A stretch of 64,000 nucleotides of DNA from Bacteroidales bacterium (GTDB taxonomy: Bacteria > Bacteroidota > Bacteroidia > Bacteroidales > JAADJA01). The notes below the pieces were generated by a model. The model saw only the letters and a list, made by a program, of their open reading frames with translations, was not told the DNA's origin and did not search any database. This document shows positions 53,341 to 62,100 of the stretch, one piece after another (position 1 is the first letter of the stretch; every line of letters begins with the position of its first letter). Both the position numbers and the translations under genes were made by a program. The stretch spans positions 3,326-67,325 of the forward strand of contig JAGVPB010000004.1 in NCBI GenBank assembly GCA_020052415.1, given 5' to 3'.

Positions 53341-53765
53341 TAAATGAACCTGCCAATCAAAAGTACTTTTCTAAACCCGAACTAATTAAATATCGGATTG
53401 AACGGGCCTCTGTAACTCTTTTGGAAGCCAGAAAACTCTATAAGGATAAACTATATATGGGTTGTGTAAACCGTTTATATTATGTGTGTTATCATTGTAT
53501 TCAGGCACTATTTATTAAAAAAAATATCATCGCAAAATCTCACTCCGGAGTTCTGAAAATGTTTCATAAAGAATTTATTAGTACAGATTTATTTCCTAAG
53601 GAAAATGGGAAATTTGTTTCCAATTTGTTTATTAAAAGACTCGACAGTGACTATGGTGTTTTTATTGATTTCACAGGAGAAGAGGTACTTAAATTTTTAA
53701 ACCTAACGGTAAGTTTTCTCAAAAAAACTGAAGACTATATTTCAACTACAATAAATGAAAAATAG
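53337..53765 (+). CDS. HEPN domain protein (toxin partner of MNT)
   Basis: 142 aa, all-helical. ASVTLLEARKLYKDKLYMGCVNRLYYVCYHCIQALF...SHSGV...KRLDSDYG is the HEPN-like pattern, coupled to the upstream MNT. Confidence 0.75.
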   Translation: MINEPANQKYFSKPELIKYRIERASVTLLEARKLYKDKLYMGCVNRLYYVCYHCIQALFIKKNIIAKSHSGVLKMFHKEFISTDLFPKENGKFVSNLFIKRLDSDYGVFIDFTGEEVLKFLNLTVSFLKKTEDYISTTINEK

Positions 53766-54237
53766 ATTTATCGGGTTATTACAATTTCCTTTACTCCTTA
53801 CATTGGTTGCTTTCACGGCTTGTACTCAGCAAAAATTATTCGAACAATTCCAGAAATTCGACAAGCAATCCTGGAACCGGTTCAATATTCTGAAATTTGA
53901 TGTCCCAGTAAAAGATACTATCAATACATTCGACATTATCTTTTCCATTCGGCATTTTCCTGAATTTTCCATTAAAGAATTACCGATCAACCTGACGATA
54001 TACATGCCTTCGGGTGAAATGCGAACGGCAGAACATCTCCTCATATTTACCGATAAGGAAGGAAACAAGCTTAGTGAATGTCTTGGTGATCTGTGTGATA
54101 TTTCATTCCCCGTTCGTGAAAGTTTCGTTTTCCCGGAATCAGGAACCGTCAGAATTGAAATTGAGAATAAATGGTCAAAACTTGATTTGCCCGGAATTAT
54201 GGAAGCGGGACTGATCTTAAAAAGATCAAAGAACTAA
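53755..54237 (+). CDS. gldH: Gliding motility lipoprotein GldH-like
   Basis: 160 aa; lipobox VAFTAC. ...W..FNILKFDVPV....FDIIFSIRHFPEFSIKELPINLTIYMPSGE...LPGIMEAGLILKR parallels the GldH family pattern as I recall it. The start overlaps the HEPN stop. Confidence 0.65.
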   Translation: MKNRFIGLLQFPLLLTLVAFTACTQQKLFEQFQKFDKQSWNRFNILKFDVPVKDTINTFDIIFSIRHFPEFSIKELPINLTIYMPSGEMRTAEHLLIFTDKEGNKLSECLGDLCDISFPVRESFVFPESGTVRIEIENKWSKLDLPGIMEAGLILKRSKN

Positions 54238-54294
54238 TATTCATGATATTTTGTTAATAATTTGTTAATCTTTCGTCCTATCCCGGCAACTATT

Positions 54295-54302
54295 TATATT
54301 TG
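54295..54302 (+). promoter_or_regulatory. Bacteroidetes-type -7 promoter box
   Basis: TATATTTG matches TAnnTTTG; 27 nt upstream of ATG 54330. Confidence 0.5.
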
Positions 54303-54329
54303 CGGATGTTTAATGCACGTTAATAGTTT

Positions 54330-54788
54330 ATGAAGACTATAAAAAAGATATCCGGTTTTATAATGCTGGCAATAATTCTGTTCAGCAGTATGGGTATTTC
54401 ATTTTATCTTCATGAATGCGATTGCAGGGGAACTAACCTTTACAGTATCGGGACCGGTTACTCCGGACCTAAATCATTTTGTTGCTGCCCAACCAAAACA
54501 CAAATTTATGTAAATATTGATTTGGAAGGCTCCATTGATGCAGAAGGCTGTTGCAAGGACCTGGTTTATTTTTATTTATTACCTTTTAGCCCTGAAAAAG
54601 ACAATACAGGATTACCAAGGTTAAGCGAAAAGGTATTGTTTTCATTTATTCCGGTGAACAGCTCAGAAACCGTACAATCAATTGAAACGAAAACCATTCC
54701 GCTTTTTCTCTTTCCGCCGGATAAGCTATCCGGAAAAAATCTTATCTTTTTCATTCAGCAAATTAAAATCCCGTCCCCGGTCTGTTGA
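54330..54788 (+). CDS. Membrane-anchored Cys-rich small protein (HYC_CC_PP-like)
   Basis: 152 aa; N-terminal TM; YLHECDCRG, SFCCCPTK, GCCKD and LFPPDK motifs. Confidence 0.5.
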   Translation: MKTIKKISGFIMLAIILFSSMGISFYLHECDCRGTNLYSIGTGYSGPKSFCCCPTKTQIYVNIDLEGSIDAEGCCKDLVYFYLLPFSPEKDNTGLPRLSEKVLFSFIPVNSSETVQSIETKTIPLFLFPPDKLSGKNLIFFIQQIKIPSPVC

Positions 54789-54969
54789 TTTTAGTTCGTT
54801 ATGTTGTAAGTTGTTAAACATAGCGGTTGAATGATTGTGTCCGGTAACCTTTGAAATGGATCAGTGAGAAAACTTTAATACCATCTGAATATCGCAGGAA
54901 TCTCAACTTAGCGGTCATTTCAAAACCGGTAATGTTATAATTCTTGTAAAATTAAAAAAACAGATTAGG

Positions 54970-57381
54970 ATGAAATCAAATATAATTCTGGCAATAGCAG
55001 TGACCTGTCTTTTGCTATTCATTTTACCCGGACTAAAAGCCCAAAATGTGGTCGGTTATGTTTACGAAGTGAACGGTAATAACCAGAAAAATTTTCTTCC
55101 GGGAGTTAATATCTGGTGGCTTGGTACAGTCACTGGAACTTCAAGCGATGTTAATGGAAGGTTTATCCTTTCAAAATCCGGCATCAGTACAACAAAACTG
55201 ATTGTGAGTTTAATGGGTTATAAAACCGATACTGTTGAAGTTAAAAGAGAACTTACAAAACTGGAAATTGAAATGGTTCCTGAAACCCTTCAGTTGCAGG
55301 AAGTTGAAATACATGGAAAAGTAAGGGATTCATATATTTCACACCTAAGCCCGAGAAAAGTACAGGTAGTGACCCAGGGCGAACTGAAACGTGCCGCCTG
55401 TTGTAATCTTTCGGAAAGTTTTGAGACCAATGCATCCATTGACGTAACCTACAGTGATGCCATAACCGGGGCAAAACAAATACAATTGCTTGGTTTGTCC
55501 GGCATTTATAGTCAAATTCAAACAGAGAATATACCTGCCATCCGCGGACTGGCATCAGCTTATGGGTTGAACTATATTCCTGGTCCCTGGATGGAATCCA
55601 TTCAAATTTCAAAAGGAACGGCTTCTGTCATCAACGGCTATGAATCAATTACCGGCCAGATCAATGTTGAATACAAAAAGCCCCAGGATGCAGAAAAACT
55701 TTATGTTAACCTTTTCGGTAATTCAAACGAAAGAATGGAAGCCAACCTTTATAGCGGTTATAAGATCAATGAAAAGCTAAGTACTATGCTTTTGGTTCAT
55801 GGTAATTATTTTGGGAATAAGATCAACCGGATCAATACAACTACAATTAATCAAAACGGGGAACAGGTTGAAATTGATGAAAACTTTATGGACATTCCGA
55901 TGTCAAAAGGCATCAATCTTTTCAACCGGTGGGAATATCATGCAGGAGAAAAATATGAGACCCGGTTCGGAATAAAGTACCTCGAAGAATCCAGGGATGG
56001 GGGAACACTTGATTACGATAAAGACAACTTTGTCCTTGATACTGCTTTGATCAACCAAAAGAGATTACCTTATGGATTCGGGTTTAAAACAAGACGGACA
56101 GAGGCCTTCTGGAAAAACGGTTTTCTGTTTCCGAATAAAGACTGGAAAAGTATCGGGTTGATTTTTTCGGGTGTGAACCATGAGCAAACCGGATTTTTTG
56201 GAGTAAATAATTATCATGGTTTCGAGAGAAGCTTTTATGCCAACCTGATTTATCAATCCATCATCAGTAATACCAATCATAAATTCTCTACCGGATTAAG
56301 CTACCTTTTTGACGAATACAGAGAGGGTTACGACCAAATTCAATTCACCTATATTTATCAGACCTTAGCTGCGGATAGTACCCCCACAATGCACGATATC
56401 ATCACGCTTAGCCCGACCACCAACTTAAATCCGGTAATTTACAATTGGGATCGTACCGAATCAGTTCCCGGAGCTTTTTTTGAATATACCTATTCGTATC
56501 TTGATAAATTGACATTCATCGCAGGTATCAGGGCTGATTACCATAACAAATACGGTACTTTTGTTACACCCAGGACCAACCTCCGTTATCAGATCACCGA
56601 AACGGCAGTGGTAAGAGCTTCGGCGGGAATGGGATACAGATCGGCCAACATTATTTCTGAGAATCTTTCATTGCTTGCAAGTCAGAGGAAACTGGTTCAA
56701 AAAGAAACTCTGAACCAGGAAAAAGCCTGGAATTACGGTATCAGTTTTATGAAAGAGTTCAGGCTTTTCAGGAATCCTGCCGAGATTGATCTTGACTTTT
56801 TCCGCACCGATTTTATCAACCAGGTAATTGTGGATTTAGAAACCGATCCGACAGTTGCATACTTTTATAACCTGGAAAAGGACGGAAAATCCTATGCGAA
56901 CAGCTTTCAGACTCAATTGACACTAGAACCTGTCAGAAGGTTATCAGTACTCCTTGCTTTTCGACTAAACGATGCAAAGCAAACCATGCATGGCACTTTA
57001 AGTCAGAAATTGCTTCAGAATAAATATAAAGGACTCATCACTCTGTCGTATGCCACAAATTTCGAGAAGTGGAAGTTTGACTTTACAGCTCAATTCAATG
57101 GAAGTGCCAGAATTTCTCCCCAGTATTTAATGCCTGAAATTGTACGCCGTGATTATGAAACCACACCTGCATATATGGTTCTCTTTGCTCAGGTAACCAA
57201 AAAGTTCAGACATAATCTTGAAGTATATGTCGGAGGTGAGAACCTTACCGGGTTCATGCAGAAAGATCCGATTACCGAGTCCTTCATTCCTTATCATACC
57301 CATTTCGATACCATGATGGTTTGGGGTCCGATTACCGGTCCTACGATTTATGGCGGATTAAGATATTATTTTAAAAAATAG
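54970..57381 (+). CDS. TonB-dependent outer-membrane receptor with N-terminal carboxypeptidase-regulatory-like domain
   Basis: 803 aa with a signal peptide. VVGYVYE...GVNIWWLG...SSDVNGRFIL (CarbopepD_reg-like). Plug region (QVVTQGELKRAACCNLSESFETNASIDV). Long beta-barrel ending GGLRYYFKK. Confidence 0.88.
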   Translation: MKSNIILAIAVTCLLLFILPGLKAQNVVGYVYEVNGNNQKNFLPGVNIWWLGTVTGTSSDVNGRFILSKSGISTTKLIVSLMGYKTDTVEVKRELTKLEIEMVPETLQLQEVEIHGKVRDSYISHLSPRKVQVVTQGELKRAACCNLSESFETNASIDVTYSDAITGAKQIQLLGLSGIYSQIQTENIPAIRGLASAYGLNYIPGPWMESIQISKGTASVINGYESITGQINVEYKKPQDAEKLYVNLFGNSNERMEANLYSGYKINEKLSTMLLVHGNYFGNKINRINTTTINQNGEQVEIDENFMDIPMSKGINLFNRWEYHAGEKYETRFGIKYLEESRDGGTLDYDKDNFVLDTALINQKRLPYGFGFKTRRTEAFWKNGFLFPNKDWKSIGLIFSGVNHEQTGFFGVNNYHGFERSFYANLIYQSIISNTNHKFSTGLSYLFDEYREGYDQIQFTYIYQTLAADSTPTMHDIITLSPTTNLNPVIYNWDRTESVPGAFFEYTYSYLDKLTFIAGIRADYHNKYGTFVTPRTNLRYQITETAVVRASAGMGYRSANIISENLSLLASQRKLVQKETLNQEKAWNYGISFMKEFRLFRNPAEIDLDFFRTDFINQVIVDLETDPTVAYFYNLEKDGKSYANSFQTQLTLEPVRRLSVLLAFRLNDAKQTMHGTLSQKLLQNKYKGLITLSYATNFEKWKFDFTAQFNGSARISPQYLMPEIVRRDYETTPAYMVLFAQVTKKFRHNLEVYVGGENLTGFMQKDPITESFIPYHTHFDTMMVWGPITGPTIYGGLRYYFKK

Positions 57382-57410
57382 TGTATTGTTCAATTATAAA
57401 ATTTAAAATT

Positions 57411-57776
57411 ATGCAAAAGAGAAATCAAATTTTAGCAGCATTTATGGTGGCTATATTTTTCTTATCCTTCTCCGGAATGGTAAATGCGCAGGAGCAAAAG
57501 AAAGAAGAAACCATAACAATCAAAACCTCGGCTGTATGCAGCATGTGTAAAGAAAGGCTCGAAAGTAATATGGCTTTTGAAAAAGGAGTCACAGAAGTTC
57601 AGCTTGACAACAAAACAAAAATTTTGACAGTAACTTATAAAACTGCAAAAACTACTCCGGAAAAGTTAAAAACTGCGGTCACAAAAATCGGGTATGACGC
57701 TGACGAATTGCCTGCCGATACTAAAGCTTACGAAAAACTGCCGGCCTGTTGCAAAAAAGACAATGCAGCTCATTAA
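57411..57776 (+). CDS. Heavy-metal-associated (HMA) domain protein, secreted
   Basis: About 121 aa from ATG 57411; signal peptide. IKTSAVCSMCKERLESNM...GYDADE is a ferredoxin-like HMA fold with CxxC. C-terminal CC pair (LPACCKKD). Confidence 0.75.
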   Translation: MQKRNQILAAFMVAIFFLSFSGMVNAQEQKKEETITIKTSAVCSMCKERLESNMAFEKGVTEVQLDNKTKILTVTYKTAKTTPEKLKTAVTKIGYDADELPADTKAYEKLPACCKKDNAAH

Positions 57777-57877
57777 TTAGTCCGAAGTCTGTAGTCTATT
57801 GTCTTGAGTCGTTAGTCCTGAGAAATATGTGCTTAGATTTAAGACTTAAGATTTTTGATATTAACTGTTATTAAAAC

Positions 57878-57942
57878 AATTCATCCGATGACTCACGCCG
57901 GCTTCCTTTATTAAGCTACCCCGCAAAGTCATCGGATGAATT
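57878..57942. terminator. Strong hairpin between convergent HMA gene and ribF
   Basis: Perfect 16-bp stem aattcatccgatgact(57878-57893)/agtcatcggatgaatt(57927-57942) with a 33-nt loop, followed by tatttcttctt. Confidence 0.55.
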
Positions 57943-57984
57943 TATTTCTTCTTAACCCAATTCAACCAGTTCATCTGATTCAAC

Positions 57985-58111
57985 CAATTCAGTCCACGAA
58001 TTACACAAATTACACGAATCTACCGATTCAACCAGTTTAACCAGCTCAACCAATTCAGTCCACGAATTACACGAATTACACGAATCTACCGATTCAACCA
58101 GTTCAACTAAT
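57985..58111. repeat. Two tandem 66-bp repeat units abutting the ribF stop codon
   Basis: caattcagtccacgaattacac[a/g]aattacacgaatctaccgattcaaccagtt.aac... starts at 57985 and again at 58051. Each unit contains internal acgaattac sub-repeats. Confidence 0.85.
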
Positions 58112-59041
58112 TCAACCCTTCAACAATTCCTTGATCATTTCCCGGTCCCTTTCCAGTTGCTCTCTCAGCCTCTCCAGTCCCTCAAATTTCTGCTCGCTCC
58201 TTATCCGGTCAATAAAATATATGGTTATTTCCTTTCCGTAAATATCCCTGTCGAAATCAAAAATATGAACTTCGGTAGTGAAATCATGTTTGCCAATCGT
58301 AGGCCTCGTACCAATGTTTCCCATTCCCTTATAGATTGCCCCATCGCATTCAACTTTGCAGGCATATACCCCTCCTGCCGCAATCAGCTTGTATTTATCT
58401 TCTACCTCTATATTCGCTGTCGGAAACCCAATTTCCCTTCCAATTTTATTTCCCATTACTACTTTTCCGGTAAGGCTGTAATCATAGCCCAGCATCATGT
58501 TTGCGAGTTTCACATCACCCTCTGTCAGGGCATTTCTTATCTTGGTTGAGCTGACAGCAATGCCCTGAATATATTGAGCCGGAATTTCTGCCACCTCAAA
58601 ACCCAGTTCCCTGCCCAGTTTGAATAACTGTTCATAATTACCTTCACGGTCTTTCCCGAAATGGTGGTCATAGCCAACGATCAGTTTCTTTGTACAGAGC
58701 TTTCCTACCAGGTATTCCTTTATAAAATCCTCTGATGATGTTCTTGAAAATTCAAGAGTAAATGGGATAATTATAAGGTTCCCGATCCCGAATTTATCCA
58801 GCAACTCGAATTTCCTTTTCTGAGTAAGAATGAACCTAAGATCCTTATTGTCCGGATCAAGAACCAGGCGCGGATGAGGATCAAAAGTTACAAGTATCGT
58901 TTCACCACCGTTCTCCTTTGCAATTGCTGTCATCCGCCTAATGATCTCCTGATGCCCGATATGCAATCCGTCGAATGTACCTACAGTAACTACTGTATAT
59001 TCCGATCCCTCAAAATCGTCTATATTCTGAATTATCTTCAA
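58112..59041 (-). CDS. ribF: Bifunctional riboflavin kinase / FAD synthetase
   Basis: 309 aa; VTVGTFDGLHIGHQ (FAD synthetase), GFPTANI, and EVHIFDFDRDIYG (riboflavin kinase). Confidence 0.93.
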   Translation of the reverse strand: MKIIQNIDDFEGSEYTVVTVGTFDGLHIGHQEIIRRMTAIAKENGGETILVTFDPHPRLVLDPDNKDLRFILTQKRKFELLDKFGIGNLIIIPFTLEFSRTSSEDFIKEYLVGKLCTKKLIVGYDHHFGKDREGNYEQLFKLGRELGFEVAEIPAQYIQGIAVSSTKIRNALTEGDVKLANMMLGYDYSLTGKVVMGNKIGREIGFPTANIEVEDKYKLIAAGGVYACKVECDGAIYKGMGNIGTRPTIGKHDFTTEVHIFDFDRDIYGKEITIYFIDRIRSEQKFEGLERLREQLERDREMIKELLKG

Positions 59042-59142
59042 ATAAAATTTTATTAGGAAAAAATAAAATAACTATATTTACCCTCGCTAAGAAAAGCGGC
59101 AAATTTAAATATTTTGAACCACTTTTTTTATACCACAACCTT

Positions 59143-62100
59143 ATGAACTGTAATATTTTTATGATAAAAACATCGGGGTTACTCTTGTTGTTAATAGCTT
59201 CATCTATAAGTTTTTCACAAGTCCATGATGATTTTTCAGACGACAATTTCACCTCTAATCCAGCATGGCTGGGCGACACCTCCAGCTTTCAAATAACCTC
59301 CAGCAGCGCTATACCACCGGAGTTAAAACCTGCATTACAGCTAAACTCCGAGGGGTCCGATACTTCCATCCTTTATCTCCCGAATAATATGATGATGAAT
59401 ACCGAGTGGCGGTTCTGGATTAAAATGTCATTCAATACATCTGCTAATAACTTTGCGCGTATTTATCTTGTTTCCGACCAGGAAAACCTTGAAGGAGATT
59501 TAAATGGATATTTTGTTCAGGTCGGAGGAACTGAAGACAGTATCGCCCTGTTTAAGCAAACAGGAAACAACTTTGAAAAAATTATTACCGGAACAATAGC
59601 CTATACCGGAAATTCCACAAATGTGCTCAGAATAAAAGTTACTCATGATCAGGATGACATCTGGCAACTATATTCGGCAACAGACGGTGGATATGATTTT
59701 GAGCTTGAAGGAACTTCGGCGGATAACAGCATTTCTACAGCAAATTATTTCGGACTGTACTGTAAATACACTTCAAGTAATTGTACCAAATTTTACTTTG
59801 ACGATTTTTATGTTGACGAAATCATTGTTGATACGATCCCACCGGAAATTTCCAATCTTTTAGTGGTTTCTGACTCAACACTTGACATATACTTCAATGA
59901 ATCGGTAGAATTATCTTCCGCACAGGATACGGCTAATTATTTTGTGAATAACTTCATCGGGCATCCTTCCTCCGCAACCCGTGATGCGGCAGATTTTTCA
60001 CTGGTTCATCTTGTATTTGAACCGAATTTTGTAGCTGGAATCAACTATACGTTAACGGTTGATGATGTTGCTGATTTGTCTGGAAATTACACAAATAATG
60101 AAACGGGGAGCTTTCAATATTTCCCATCGGCAATCATCAATCCCTGGGATATCGTTATAAACGAAATCATGGCTGATGAAAATCCTTTGCCCGCAGGCCT
60201 TCCCGAAGCGGATTACCTTGAACTTTATAACCGGACCGGCCAAATCATTAACCTTGAAAATTGCACTATCAAACCACGTGAAACTGCCGATCCTGTTTTA
60301 TTTCCATCGGTCACTATAGAACCCGATAGTTATCTGATCGTTGTATTGACAACTGATGTCACCCTTTTCGAACCTTATGGTTCTGTTATCGGACTGACTG
60401 GATTTTCACTCAATAATGAAGGGTCTGTTGTCCTTCGCAATCCTCAGGGAACATTGATCTGTTCCATATCCTATACTGACGAATGGTACAACGATGATGT
60501 AAAAATGGATGGAGGCTGGTCACTCGAACAGATAGACCCGGATCATCCCTGTACAGGAAAAGAAAACTGGATTGCTTCATCGGATTTGAACGGTGGTACG
60601 CCGGGTAAAGTTAACTCCATCAACAATACAACAGTTTCTATACCCGGAATCATTTCGGCGGATGCAACAAGTGCGAATACCATTTGTGTAATGTTCACTC
60701 ATTTTATGGATAGCCTTTCCGTGATCTGCCTGGCCTCATTTAGTATAGATGAAGGAATGGGCCACCCCATTACAGCCGTTGCAATTGAGGACGGATTTAA
60801 TTCTGTGATATTGGGATTTGCTGAAAATTTCGAAGAAAATGTGGTTTATCATCTTACCATAACCGACACGATTTTCAATTGTGCAGGTGATTTTATAGAA
60901 TTAAATTCCACGATTACAGTTGTCCTGCCTGCTGCGGCCAAAGTATATGAAATCGTGATCAATGAAATAATGGCCGATCCCGATCCCCCGGTCGGCCTGC
61001 CCGAATATGAATTCATCGAACTGTATAACACTACGGATTCTTTTTTAAAGATGAACGGATGGTCGTTGCAGGTCGGAACTTCATTTAAACCACTTCCCGG
61101 TATTGTTATGGCTCCAAACGAATATATTATTCTCACAGAGGATGACGCTTCAGAACTTTACGGTATGCTCGCCCGTTCCTTCGGTTTTTCAAGCCTGGGA
61201 CTATCAAACACCGGGACATCCCTGAAACTGCTGGATCAGGACAGCGTCATCATTTCTTCGGTAAGCTTTCGCGAAAACTGGTACAACGATTCTGAAAAAT
61301 GCGAAGGTGGATGGTCGCTCGAACAGATTGACCCTTCTAATCCCTGTCCCGGAAAGGACAACTGGACTGTCAGCATGGATGAACGGGGCGGAAGTCCGGG
61401 GATAGCTAATTCGGTCAATTCTCAGAATTTTGTTGAACCGGTTGCAGTCAAAGTAATTGCCCTCGACAACAAAACTTTCGAAGTTCATTTTAATCAAATG
61501 ATGGATGAACAATCGCTGTTAAATCCGGCATCTTATTCCGTTGACCGGGGAATTGGAAATCCATTGCAGTCCGTTACCGACGGCGTTGATATGGAATTGG
61601 TGATCCTTGAATTTTCGCAGCAACTGGAAACTAGAAAATTATATACCCTTACATTGACCGGTGACATTCAAAGCTGTATAGGACAAACAGTTCCGGAGAA
61701 CTTTGAAATTCTCTTCGGAATACCTGAAACAGCCGAATCCAATGATGTCATAATTAATGAAGTGCTATTTAATCCTGCTGATGATTGTGAGGACTTTGTC
61801 GAAATTTATAACCGCACCGAAAAGATCATTGACCTGAGTGACCTGATGCTTGGAACCATTGAAGTCAACCAGCTTGAACCCAACGATACTGCATATAAAT
61901 CCGTTTCTGATGAAAATTCCTTACTGCTTTCAGGTACTTACATTGTTTTAACCCTTGACCCGCTTAAAGTTCTGGAACAATATTTCACTACAAACCCTGC
62001 CGGATTCATTGGCATGAGTTCATTTCCGGCCTATAATAATGATGCAGGAGCCGTCATTCTTGTTAATTCCGGTGGTTCGATTCTCGACGCTTTCAATTAT

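Noticed and set aside
54789-54969. Known riboswitch (TPP or cobalamin) upstream of the TonB-dependent receptor
   Set aside because: A TGAGA and an ACC..CTGA..GCAGGAA stretch vaguely recall the TPP aptamer. However, the P4/P5 CUGG...CCAG pairing and the GGGG/ACCC elements are missing, and no B12 box (GCCACTG) is present. It is kept only as an unclassified structured leader.
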